Below are positions 23,208 through 35,140 of a stretch of 64,000 nucleotides of DNA, one piece after another. Under the pieces are notes generated by a model, which saw only the letters and a program-made list of their open reading frames with translations, searched no databases and had not been told where the DNA came from. Source of the DNA: Vezdaea acicularis (taxonomy: Eukaryota); contig JAPEUI010000029.1 in the NCBI GenBank assembly GCA_026025075.1, positions 62,001-126,000 on the forward strand. Reading direction: 5' to 3'. Position 1 is the first letter of the stretch. Each line of letters begins with the position of its first letter. Made by a program: the position numbers and the translations under genes.

Positions 23208-24695
23208 GTCGATGAGTGATTTCGAGGGGGCTGATATAGATAGAAATGGAGGTTGGTGGGAGATGGGGATGCAAACTGTGCACGGTCAAGTGAATATGTA
23301 GAGATGAAGATGACGCGGATGCGGGGGTGGTCTGTGCTCAGTGAACGAGGCAAGTGGGGCAGTCTTTAGCGATGGGTAAGGGTACAGTAGTATAAGGCTG
23401 CACAAATATCGAGACATCCATCCCAGTTATATATGATATTCATGGAGCCTCGCTCCCCTCGTGCTTACGGTCCTACGCGGACCCGTCAGCTTGGGTGGGA
23501 ACTTAGTTGACTCGCCACGTCATGGCAGATCGCTCGGAGCAACGAGAGAACATTCCTACACTGCCTCCAGCGAGCGCAGTTGCAGAGAACCCTTGTGGTC
23601 AGGAAGCCCATTTCCTTGTACAGTATGCAATTCGGAAATCCGACGGAGCCATAGAGGGACTTCTGACGGCTCTCGGTTGCGTCAGAGGGGTCGACCGTGT
23701 TGTAGCAGCCTAAACCCCGCCAAGCCGGAAGCGAGGGCGAGGGCGAATCCGGGCCGTGAATCGTATGTGTGGAAGCCACGACTCAGCCCTCCGAGGTCAT
23801 GATGGAAATGTAGATCGGGAAGTCAATTACCGCGCGCGCCACAGTTTAAACATGCCATGCTCTCCTCTATGGAAAGCGAATGGCAAGCTGGTGTGGCGCT
23901 TGTTGCCCTGTCGCACGACAGCAGGGTCTCACCGCCCTACACGCCTTGCAGTTTCCTAAACCGGTTACCGCCAATCACGAGCCAGTCCATCAGCTGGGAA
24001 GAGCTCCAAGGCGGATATGTCTAGCTATGCTGAGAAACGCCCGATTTCACTTTGATGGCAGAGGCTGGAACGAAGCCTTAGGCTCCACATCCATTCCGGC
24101 GTTACTCTGTACGAGTGAAGCTGCTCTTCAGAAGGAGGGCAGCGCCATGACTGCTATGCGGTATCCTTTGATTGTCCATTCGTTCGTCTTGACTTCTAGG
24201 GGATAACTGGCGTGTGCTTCTCGTGACTGTTTCGGCCGTGAAACCGTCAACGATCTTTGGATACGCCTGTGCAAGGACGTCTTGCAAGGTGTACTGTTTG
24301 TGGCGCCAAGCGGTTCGTGCACCTGCGGGGTTTTAAGGCAAGAACTTAAAATGCGATCCAGGCTGTACTGGTTCTTCCATATGCAGCGCTTGCGTGGTAT
24401 CTAATGATGAATATTAGCTGGATATGGCAAATTGTATGGAATTGAACTGACATGGAATGTCCTAGGGACAACACTTTATCTGCTATCATTATAGGTCACT
24501 CTTGAACGCATTTGATGTTTAACGAGCAACTGTAGCTTTGCCTTAATCGTTGTCTTCTCGAGAGTCTCTGTACGGCTGCTCACTCGAAGGCCCCTCGGTA
24601 TCTTTTCGAGCCAACAAACCATCCAACTTCCGAAGAGACCGGAGTAGCCTCAGAGCGAAAACCAAGCCGGTGTTAATTCGAATGATATTCAAGGT

Positions 24696-26620
24696 TCAAT
24701 TGGCTCCAAATGGCCCACTCAAGATTCTTGGCTCTCCTAGCTTTTCCAAGAAGTCCAAAGTTAGTATCTCGTTCACAGAGGGTAAGGCCGTCATCTCTCC
24801 ACGTTTGGAGTCCTCCCAGATGGAAAAGCCCCCCCTCCGTCGCTTTTTTGGGGTCGATAGAGCTTCAGCTGCTCCGCCTACATTTGTTATTGTTTTCCTT
24901 TTGGAACGAGAGTAAACTTGAGAGACTTCGTCGCTTCCATCGCTATTTGGCGGTGTATATGAAGGGAACCCCATCAAGGGGGGCTCGACCGGTAAACCCT
25001 TTGGAAAGGGAGGTTTCCAGTGGACAGGAGTAGGTAGATGGTATTTTTTAACACAGTGGCTATGGATTCCATCCCTCTGCTCATACGCTTCTCCTTCGGT
25101 TGATAGATCTTGGAGATTCATCAATGGAGTTCTATTCGGATCCAAGTTACTGGTTGCTCCTGAAGTTTGCTGCTTCGGCGCTTTCGAGAGGTTCCGACGC
25201 TTTCTTACTCCATTGTTCTCTTTGTTCTCATTAGCGTCCACAGACAAACTACAAGCCTGCGTTGTATCTGCTCTCGGAGGTTTGGGACCTTTAAGGATTA
25301 GTCTCTGGATTTTGGGTATAGCTTGGCTTTGTTTATGCTCATTTTCAGGGCTAGACACTTGGACACTTGGGCCAGCCCTTTTCGTTGTGGGCTCTCCTTG
25401 TTTCTGCCACAGCGCCTGCTTTCGATTCTTGAGATCCTGGACCCATTCATCACAATCCATCTTGACCCAATAGTCGATCATGTCACCCCAGACACTTTCT
25501 GGTGCCTTCGTTTGATTGACAAAGATGACCTTTCCCTTACCGCCTGGTCGCGCGTGGACTGCTCTGGCAAATTCCCGAACTAGGACCTTAAGGCCATGTA
25601 CACGCAGTGATGTACCCATGATGAGGAGAACATCAGGGGCGACCTTGAGATCTGACTCTGTCATCTGTGCTATAGACTGTTCGCATGGATGTTGCTCGCC
25701 ATAGAGAACAACATTCGGCCTTAGCACGCCAACAGAAGTGCCTCTTCTACCTTGGCCTTCTCGGTGTTCATTCTTATCAAGGCAAGCCCTACAAGATGGA
25801 GCACTTCCTTTAATCAGATTATCTTCGCGGTCGCCGTCTTCCCAAGAGGTTTGCTTATTGCATAGCCCACACCGAAGATCACTTAGGTCTCCGTGCAACT
25901 GAACGACTTCACATCCACCGTCAAGCTCACTCCCAGCGATAACTTCTTCATCCCTAGGTTTGGCAACAACCTTCCTCGTCAGCCTTGCTTGATTTCCTCT
26001 GCCTCGCGTTAGATCAGTGCACAACCCTTCTCTTGCTTCTAAGCCATCGATGTTCTGGGTATAACAGCGCACGAGACGGCCGCCATCACGTAATACCCTT
26101 ATAAACTTGTGTGTAAGTGTTGTATTCGCGACCTCATTGCGGATCTTGCTCCGCAAAGATGCTATAAATGTGTAAAAGACAGAGGTGCTGACTGGATCCA
26201 TCCAAATGAGAGAATCAAAAAGATCTTTGCCTTTCATATTCAATGAGCGTCTACTTGATGAAGATGTGCTGGAGTTTGGTAGGCCCTCAGTAGCCTCAGA
26301 TTGGGATAGATTGATATTTCCTTTTCCTGCAGAACACTGACTGCTCGCCGAAGAAGCACGGGGAGCTCCATCCTGTACTTTGCAGCGATGCTGGGACTCA
26401 ATCAATGCGTATAGACCGTTTTCTGACCGGAAGTCCTGGAAGCAGAACTTGAGTCAGCATTTGAAACTCGATGACACTGAATTACACCTACTGGAATCCC
26501 GCTGTTCGTGCTTATGCCCGCGCCCGTAATCACTATAACTTTTTTCGAACTCAGCAGAATTTCGGCAATGGATTCTAGTGTGGAACAGTCCTCTGACCGC
26601 ACCTCAGTTGTTGGCATCAT
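24696..26620 (-). CDS. HST3: NAD-dependent histone deacetylase, Hst3/Hst4-type sirtuin, 2 exons
   Basis: ITGAGISTNSGIP|DFRS, YTQNIDGLE, VQLHG, CGLC/CRAC zinc site, LRPNVVLYGE, MGTSLRVHG. Confidence 0.9.
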
Positions 26621-27386
26621 GGAAGTTGTCACTTGAATCCCACCTCCCAACCGCCGTGACAAGAATTAGGATCCAGAAAGGCTAGCGCCCAGCCAGGCTA
26701 TCATTATAGGTTTGAACTTGTAGAGTGTGTAAGATGCGAGGGATTCTGAAGTTCCCTCAGCATATCAAAGTAGAATGTTGAGCGCTGGAGAGAACGCGTC
26801 TTGGGCGTACGAGTAGGTGAAGCGCCCGCTACATAGAAGGCGCGTCAAAGCTCTATGAGGTCCAAGGACTGTCGTGTCATCAGATGGACAAAGTCAGAAA
26901 TATGAGATGACGCATGTATTTGTTACAGGACGCGCAAGCAAAGGCCTCACAAGCTCAATTGATACTGCTTGAGCTGGAATGGCCTCTACTAAAGCTCATA
27001 CACAAACAGAATAGGATTGTTGACGGAATATCGGTCTACCGCGGGCGCTCCGTCACGAGTGTGACTCGGTACTTGCCGCAGGAACGATCGACTCAAACAC
27101 TATTTCAACTAACAGTTCAATCGACAATAAGCACCGAACTGTTTTGCTTCGTCAATCTTTAGTCGAGCATTCCATAAAACTCCATTGAATGGTTTCCCTA
27201 TTTTGACCAACTTCATTGCAGCTTCCCCGCATGCCTAGTCATGAGTTGAGAACTCGTCCAGAGAGGAACTCAGCCCTTTCCTATGGACAAAGCAGGCTAT
27301 TGCCATGCTTCATAACGGAGATGAAGCTTGCTTCTTAGTTTTTACTTTTCACTCTCCATGGCATAAGCCCGTGCTTTCATCTACTT

Positions 27387-28435
27387 CTATAGCATTCGCA
27401 TTTCAATTGCGACGCCTTCCACGGTTCTCCGTTGTTGCCTCCGATATTTCTCTCGAGCTTTATACCTCCCAGAAAGGCCAAAAAGATTGATGACAACAAT
27501 GAGAGCTGCCCATATCCCTACTAGGAGTGGACCGCTCAGATCGTATTGTCCGTCTGTTTTAGGCCATTCGAGGTCATCCTCCGAAGGGGTTGTGAGTACA
27601 CCGTTCAAGAATGAAGCATTATCTGGAGTCAGGGCGCTTTGAATATCCAATCCGAGCGCACTTATGGCTATTAGAGTCACCACAGGCGTCAGAGAGGAAC
27701 GAATCTCTTTTCTAGGATTCATCAGCTCAGATTCACCACTTCCTCCTAGTACAAAGCTCACCTGCCAAGTGAAGTCACGGAAATATTGCTACTCAGCTGA
27801 GCAACTAAACTCAGAATATGAAGCGTCTTAGGGGGCACACTTCGCACGGTGGCCATCTTGCCCAAAGCTCCCTGCATCGTAGCTGCAGATGAAACCAATA
27901 TGGTCGCATTCGCGAAGCCCAAGCTCACGCCGACACTTTGGCTTGGAATGCCTAGCCAAATCCCACTTGGGTCTGAAACCCGGAATAAGCGAAGGTCTGC
28001 TTGGAAGATGCCAGTGCTGTTGTCAAGATATGCGACGTTATAGCATGTTGCAATCCCGGCCGGACTAGCTTCTGTTTGTTTGTGATCTAGAGCGTTGATA
28101 CAAGCACTTTGGGTTTCCTTATCCCATTGTGTTGAGTTCAGTCCTGAGGTAAGATTCGAAACTGACCGCAAAAAATGCAATCGCTCAAAGGAATCGTGGT
28201 CTAGTGATAATCCAGTACTTGGATTCTCAGAATCGAGCTTCCAAGACTCATCTGTAAATGCCTCACCGCTATTGCTTGGAGCCCCAGCAGTGCGAAGCGG
28301 CTTACTAGCCACCGTCTGCAACTCTTCTGACTCACAGATATCTAGAGCTTTAGCTAGAGCGATCATTGTAAGAGACGCGCCGTCCATTTTGAAAGACTGA
28401 AGAAGTATGGTGATGGGTCTCAGCATTGCAATCAA
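27387..28435 (-). CDS. Fungal hypothetical membrane protein (luminal domain, C-terminal TM helix, basic tail), 2 exons, start codon uncertain
   Basis: WDKETQSAC...PAGIATCYNVAYLDNSTGIFQADLRLF. Intron near 27707-27762 joins to a hydrophobic LLVGIWAALIVVINLFG followed by RYKAREKYRRQQRR. Confidence 0.7.
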
Positions 28436-29001
28436 AATAGGCGAGAGAGAAGCTGATACAAATGCCTCCTTCCATTCCCAACTATCAGAACCTAGGTTCA
28501 GGGCCCCTTCTACACTTGGAACTCTTTAAGCTATGCATCCCAATGTCCACTGCTAATACAGCACTTATTGACGGACTCTAGTTTGTGGAAACAAAATCAT
28601 CAACGATGAAATCATGACCGTTTAGCCTCGATTCTGAGCCTAGGGGTTGTAGTTGCACTAACGTGTTTCTAAGCGCGCCATTTGCGCGAGCCCTTCAGAC
28701 TTCATCATTAAGGCACGAGCATCTTCACGGAATGCGAAAGGCCCCGTGCCAAACGAGGCATTTCAGAGACCCTCCGCTGTTCCCGGTCTTGTCGACCAAC
28801 TCACTCTTTAGCGAATTGAATATCTGCAGCTTGTCGCCCCTCTTGGTCAACCTTGGAGTTCACTTTTTGTTTTTGAGTATACTACTTAGGGTGGTAAAGC
28901 TGAGCTATAAAGGTATGACAAGACTCCTCTCTTGTAACATCATAACGTGCCCTGTCTAAGCCACTTCAGTCCTGATCCGTAAATGATTCGCCTATATCAA
29001 C

Positions 29002-29388
29002 ATGATATCATGTCTTCACCTAATTCTCCTCCTCACTCTATTCACCTCCCTCACCCTTGCAAGAATGACCTGTAGCGGTCCGATCCCGAGTGCAAGACAT
29101 TTTCCGTCTGGAGGATTAGGTCCTACGCAAAGAAGGTCCAGAGACTACAATAAACTCGAGGACCTATGCATCAACCCAAGTTTCTCGGCACAGGGGATGG
29201 GCTTAGGTTGCTATTGCGATTCACGACCAGGTCGGACCCATATATTGTGCGCTAACTTCGAGCTGAGCCCTCAACTTGCCGAATACTGTGCCGCACACTG
29301 TAAGTGTACTAAATTCAGTAGCAGTGCCTTGGGTCGTAAGGACAAAATCCGAACGCTAGGCATAGCTGCAGAATATAATCATCGATAA
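29002..29388 (+). CDS. Small secreted cysteine-rich protein (128 aa), effector-like
   Basis: Signal peptide MISCLHLILLLTLFTSLTLA, mature region with 8 Cys: TCSGPIP...DLC...GCYC...C...YCAAHCKC. TATAAA upstream near 28906. Confidence 0.8.
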   Translation: MISCLHLILLLTLFTSLTLARMTCSGPIPSARHFPSGGLGPTQRRSRDYNKLEDLCINPSFSAQGMGLGCYCDSRPGRTHILCANFELSPQLAEYCAAHCKCTKFSSSALGRKDKIRTLGIAAEYNHR

Positions 29389-29494
29389 AGTGGGTATGAG
29401 ACTACCGGAAGAACGTCTGAGCTTTGCGTGAGAAGATAAGGGAGGTACAAGAGATATGAAAGCACAAGCGAACAGAAGCAATTCATATATTCGT

Positions 29495-29522
29495 GACAAC
29501 GGACAACGGACAACGGACAACG
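29495..29522. repeat. (GACAACG)4 heptamer tandem repeat
   Basis: gacaacggacaacggacaacggacaacg read directly, downstream of the small secreted protein gene. Confidence 0.85.
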
Positions 29523-29755
29523 AACAAAATCCCGTGCAATCGACATAGGCAATGTGTTTCGTCGGGCCTTTGGTCAATTTTCTACACTACAAACCCTTCG
29601 CCCCTAATGACCTAGCTGTGGACGCCCAACCTCATAGCCTACTAAGTAGAGGTGTTTACCGTGTGATGCTCCACCTGTTTACCAACCTCACAAATGCAAT
29701 AACCGAAATCCATTTTCAGCGCCAGGTCCAACGAAGGAATGCAGATCCCCGGCCA

Positions 29756-31958
29756 TCACCGGCCTTTTGTAGCCACTTCACGTTCATATGCGCCCTTAAA
29801 GTCTAGTTGCCCTAGCATGCCATTGAGCTGATCTATCTCCTTCGACAAGTCTTCTACGTTGACAGCCAATGAACTGACTTCATCGAATTTGCGCCGTTTA
29901 GTAGCATCTGCGATCATCTCCGTCACGAAAAACTTTTGTTCTTCCAACACCATGAGCCTCTCTCGCAACTCCTTCTCTTCCGCTTCTAGCGCCGATACAG
30001 CGCTACTACTGCTAACCTGGGAGGCACTCTCGATATCATTGAACTTAATCGACTCCAGAGCACCACTCAGGCGAACACTGTTTGGTCGACGGTTCAAGGC
30101 TGGCCCATTGCCATGCCCATGAGGAGTCGCATGTTTGAGTAGCTTGGGTAAATGCTTGAGAGGAAGCATGTTTAGATGGAGGAAATTTGTAGCTTGTGCA
30201 TATACACTAGCCTGAAGTTTCAGCTGGGTCCGAGAACTACTTGGTAGATCACGAATTCGCCTGGCTGCTACATCGTATTGAGTAAAGGAGTCAGTCAATC
30301 TTTTGCGGGTCCTTTTCGCATCGGCAATTTGAGCAGCAGTAGGAGGGTGATCAGAGTCCCTGAAATACATTTAGCCAAGATCGTACGATTCAATCTAATA
30401 GCTTACTGTAGCGCAGCGATTAGGCGTTGCAACTTGGGCAGCAACAATCTGATACCTCTCTCAAACTGTTTAAGGTTTTCGTAGGCTAGTAGATCTGCTG
30501 GTTTCTTCCGGAGCTCTACCTCAAAATCTCTCTTACTAAATAAGGTGGATTGACAGTCTCGGCACATCCGGATATCGATGCCGATCTTTCCAGGGTTTTT
30601 CTCGTCTATAGCTCCGTTGACTAGGGCAGCGTCAGCTTCCAAAGATTAGATGTAGCAAGATCTGCCCGTCTTACCAGCCGCAACATTCAGCCCCACTTCA
30701 GTTGAACAGTCCGTTCGCGAGTCAGCACAAACAACTCGACCACATATCCTACAGTGATGCCTCCGAAATGTATAATTGTTGAAGTCTTGCTGACAGAATG
30801 GACACCTTAATACTTTGAGATCTTCCTCCCATACGACCACAGATTGTTCCACCAATTTTCGTTGAGCTTTATTTCCCGTTAGGTTGCCGAACAATCCGAC
30901 GCTTCCCGCCCCTTGACTTGACGGCAGTGTTGCCAAGGCTTGGGTGAGCTTCGACAACCTTTTCTCGAGTCGAGATACCTCTAGGTACTGTTTATCAATT
31001 ACCTTTCTTCGAATCTTCGCAAACTCGCCAAAGTCGTTACGTTCGGGTCCTATTCACCAGATCAGCGAGATAGGAAAGCACCACTAGACCAGCCGATCAC
31101 GCACCGTGAAGATCGTTATAACCCTCCCTCGACTTGTAGCAAGTCTCGCAGCACCTACTCCAATAGCCGCGAATTGGTTCATGTTGTGCAGATCTGGATA
31201 GTTTCATCTGATAGAATGTATGTTCCTCGCAAAATAGCCGCCCACATTTGCGGCAGTTTATACTGCCATTTATTGGGCCGAGACCCTTGCCGCACATAGG
31301 TTCCGAGCACACATCGTTTACTCCAGATCTTTGCCAGTGTTTCCTTGTCACGACTTCATCTGCATCTGGTCGGACTGATTGAGGCGTCGAGGCTCCATTT
31401 GAGACCAGGGGTATGGTTGCAGGCACATCGTTGGACTCAAAGACTTCAAGCCCTTTTAGCTTTTGGTTTAATACCGCTAGAGGTTGGAAGCGTTTCGCCC
31501 TAACGACTTGTGTTTTGAACCAATTCTTGATTTCATCTTGTTCCACCTCTTGCAGATTCTGATGGTCGTCATCCAGGTGCCTTGACAGACGTAAGCGCTT
31601 TACAATTTCGGTTCTGAGGCATTAGAACTACCTATTCAGCTGTAGGAGAGTAACCTACAATTCAATTAGCAAGGGCCTGTGGAGGTATGAGGACTTACTT
31701 GATTACCATATCTTCGTTACATATTGGGCATACAAGCCTTGAGCTTGCAGCTGCGACAGCTGCAGCGTCGCTAGTCTCTAAAGATACCCTTGAGGTGAGA
31801 TCCTGATCGTCGCCAGAAACCTGTGAATTCGAAAGAGATGCCGAGCTCTCAGATGGCGATAAGATTCTCGCATTATGCGGCCGCTGAGGTTGGGGAACCT
31901 TTAAGCTGGACCTTCCGCCCCCTAGTACTCGACCTCTCTCATTCTGTCGAGTAGCCAT
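29756..31958 (-). CDS. PEP7: Vacuolar segregation protein Pep7/Vac1 (rabenosyn-5): C2H2, two FYVE domains, Rbsn domain; multi-exon
   Basis: CPICNEDM|VTLLQLNR|HLDDDH, HWQ...NCRKCGRLFC, RRHHCRICGRVVC, LEEQKFFV...RRKFDEV. Confidence 0.93.
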
Positions 31959-32191
31959 TTTGAAGGAGGTCCTGGCGAATCCTCTACGTAAGTTCACCTC
32001 CAAGCATCGGGGATTTATCGAATAGCGCGGATGGGGCAACATTTTGGCGGGGTGCGCGTCCGCACGTGGCTCGGCGATCGCCGAATTTACTGACTTGTCT
32101 CTCGCAACCTTTCCTAGTTGAAGCTTCTACATGAATCATAATCCACCGCTAGATATAAAATGATAGCTCCCAGAGAAGATTGAGGCTAGCC

Positions 32192-33049
32192 ATGAGTCAC
32201 AACTTTCCGGACATTCAAGGAGGTGGCTCGCTCATTCTTGCCTGGCAAATCAAAAGCAAAAGGGTTCTTGTTGTTGGAGGGGGAGAGGTCTGTAGTCCAG
32301 AACCCTGACTAGTCGCTTGGTAGAGTACCACTGATATCAATTGAAGGTAGCGGCAGGCCGAATCCTTAATGTTCTGAACGCGGATGCGAAAGTCACAGTA
32401 GTATCGCCTCGCAGTGGTCTCAACGAGGAGGTTGCGTACCGGGTGGACCAAAAGCAAGTTGACTATGTCGACAGGAAATTCGAGCCATCCGATCTTGATG
32501 GCGCCGATATGGTCCTGACGGCTGTGGATGACCCCGAAGCCTCTTCTCAAATTTACAAGCTCTGCAAAGAGCGGAAGATAGCTGCAAACATTGCAGATGT
32601 ACCACCTGAATGTGATTTCTACTTCGGCAGCGTACATCGAGACGGCCCTCTTCAGATCATGGTTAGTACCAACGGCAATGGCCCGAAGCTAGCAAGCATA
32701 GTCAGAAAGCAGATTGCTTCCAACCTTCCCCCAAATATTGGCGATGCAATTGCAAAGGTCGGACAGCTTCGCAAGAAGCTGAGGAAGCTAGCTCCTGATA
32801 TAGAGCAGGGGCCCAAACGAATGGAATGGTAAGAACACCCCCAAGACGTGGTTCGCGTTCTGTAGCCAATCTGGTGTTAGGATGTCGCAAGTATGTGAAT
32901 CTTGGAGCTTAGAAGAGCTATGTGATATGGACGAGGAGGATATGGAGAAGCTGCTCGAATACTTCAAAACAGGTGAAGTCCCAGGGTTCTATGAGGTTCG
33001 GACAGGGGAGACACTGGGTGCATTTGACGGAAGTTTTGGGTGGATGTAG
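32192..33049 (+). CDS. MET8: Siroheme biosynthesis protein (precorrin-2 dehydrogenase/ferrochelatase), 3 exons
   Basis: GGGSLILAWQIKSKRVLVVGGGE|VAAGR, NIADVPPECDFYFGS, QIMVSTNGNGPKLA, RMEW|MSQVCESWSL. Confidence 0.93.
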
Positions 33050-33251
33050 ATATCAAAGCGCGATCTGAGCGGCATATACGTTGTACTTGAGATTGAATAC
33101 CGGCATTTTTTTTCTGCATGGTAGCCTGCATTAGAATGCTTATGCATCCAGTTTTTATGAAGGGGGGATATTCGATTATCGATCAGTTCAGATCTGCTTC
33201 ATGCGAGCCGCCCCCCTCGCCTTTATTATTTACCCCACACTCCAGTATTCA

Positions 33252-34971
33252 ATGGTCGATTCATCATCTACCAGAAGAAATATCTACGAAGAAGGCGTTG
33301 ACTTTAGCGCCCTCGCACTTCAAAGCCCCTCCTTTTCAAGTTTGTAGGTTTTATTCTCGTATTAATTCACAAGACTTAACCTAACCCTGAGTTGCTAGTC
33401 TGAAACCCAATGGGCAGCTCGATTTCAGCAACCCGAAAGCAGTGAAGTGTGCTAAGAAGCGACCATTTCAGTAATAAATAGCTAATAAAACTTCCAGAGA
33501 GCTCACTCAGAGCTTGCTTAAACGTGACTTTGCCCTGGAGATTGATCTCCCTGATGACCGTCTATGTCCACCCGTGAGCCCCTCTCAATGGTGAGCATAT
33601 ATTGGTCTGAGCATATATTGATTGGTAGAAGGTTCCGAATCGGTATGAATGATGGCCTTTGTGACAGAAATTTGCTTATTGGCCTTTAGTTTGAATTACA
33701 TCCTCTGGATCCAAGATCTTCTAGATTCTACAAGCGATGATTACCGGCAACGTTATGACCCGGAAAGGGATGTAGTCGGATTAGATATGTATGCAACACT
33801 GCTCTATGCATGACACTTACTGACAGATAAATACAGAGGAACTGGTGCGAGCTGCATCTATCCATTGCTTGGGTGTGCGTTAAGGCCAAAATGGATCTTT
33901 GCCGCAACTGGTACTGGAAGTCCAGTCAGATTCATGTCTGGTGGCTGACCTGTTCCCAGATATTGATGATGAGAGCCTTGAATACGCTCGTAAGAACATT
34001 ACGAGTAATCAGCTCAAGTCTCGGATCAAGCCTATCAAGACGACCTTGGAGGGCCCCCTCATTCCTCTGGAGGAGATTGGTATGGAAAGGTATCTTATTG
34101 AAAATGAAGCTTTTGATGAGCTCTTTTCCTAATCCATGAATACAGCCTAGATTTCACTATGTGTAACCCTCCTTTCTACAGATCAAAAGAAGAAATGCTT
34201 GCATCCGCAAGCGCCAAGAGTCGTCCACCATTCTCGGTATGTTTGCCCCCATCTCTTTCCTACCCGGAGCACTGCTCACAATATCAGGCATGTACTGGCG
34301 CCCTTGTCGAAATGGTTACACCAGGCGGAGAAATTACGTTCACAAAGCGCCTTCTCGCAGAATCCCTGGTGCATCGAGAGCGCACCCAATGGTACACCAC
34401 CATGCTTGGCAAACACTCTTCAGTCCTAGAATTTCTTCCATTATTGCTATCTTCAGGTGTGACTAATTGGGCCGTTACGGATTTTGTGCAGGGGTCCCAT
34501 ACCCGGCGCTGGGGCGTGGCATGGTCGTTCGTCGACAGGAGACCTCCCAGTGAGGTTTCTCGAAAAGTTGACGGTGTGCCGAAAAGACTACTGCCATTCC
34601 CGCCGGAATTCACTTTTGTAGTGAAAGTGGAACCGATGGAACTGGTGATAGCTTGCGTGGATACTCTCATGACTGAGCTTGATATTCCGTGGCGTTACAA
34701 GCCGCAGATGGGCGTAGGGCTTGGATTTGCGGCGAAGAATGTTTGGGCGAGGGGGGCTCGACGGAAAGCTATGCGTGGCGAGGAAGAGGAGGTGGATTCT
34801 ATCACGCTCAATGACGCAAAGTTGGTATTCAAGATTCATTTGAAGGCTGCTAGCAACCTGGTAGGTACTGAGACAAAAGCTTGCTGGCTAAAAGGGGAGG
34901 ATGTCGTACTATGGGAGAGTTTCTGTGCTATGCTGAAGGACAAACTTGAGAAGGCGGTTGCGAATGGTTAA
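33252..34971 (+). CDS. METTL16: U6 snRNA m6A methyltransferase METTL16 / DUF890 family, about 9 exons
   Basis: LDFSNP, LLKRDF...DDRLCPP|VPNR|LNYILWI, GLDI|GTGASCIYPLLG, catalytic MCNPPFY, EMVTPGGE, WYTTMLGK, TRRWGVAWSF. Confidence 0.9.
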
Positions 34972-35140
34972 AAGAATATCAGTTATCACATTCAAAGAGA
35001 GCTTATCTTTCAATGGCCCGAGCCTGCAATCTCTAAATCCCTACCGAGCCTACCATTCAGCACTAGAGAGAAATACATGATCTCTCAGCCCTCGTGAGAC
35101 GCGTTCGAATCATCACATGAAATAAGGTCGTTGAGAAGCC

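Noticed and set aside
24404..24450. ATGATGA...CTGA as a possible C/D snoRNA
   Set aside because: No terminal stem or recognisable rRNA-antisense guide; these short motifs occur by chance.
26794..26799. ACGCGT (MCB-like) upstream of HST3, and CGCG motifs upstream of SWI6
   Set aside because: Plausible but too short to support without conservation data.
32171..32195. CAGAGAAGATT resembling the U6 snRNA core
   Set aside because: Match ends after about 11 nt and lies in the MET8 leader with no other U6 features.
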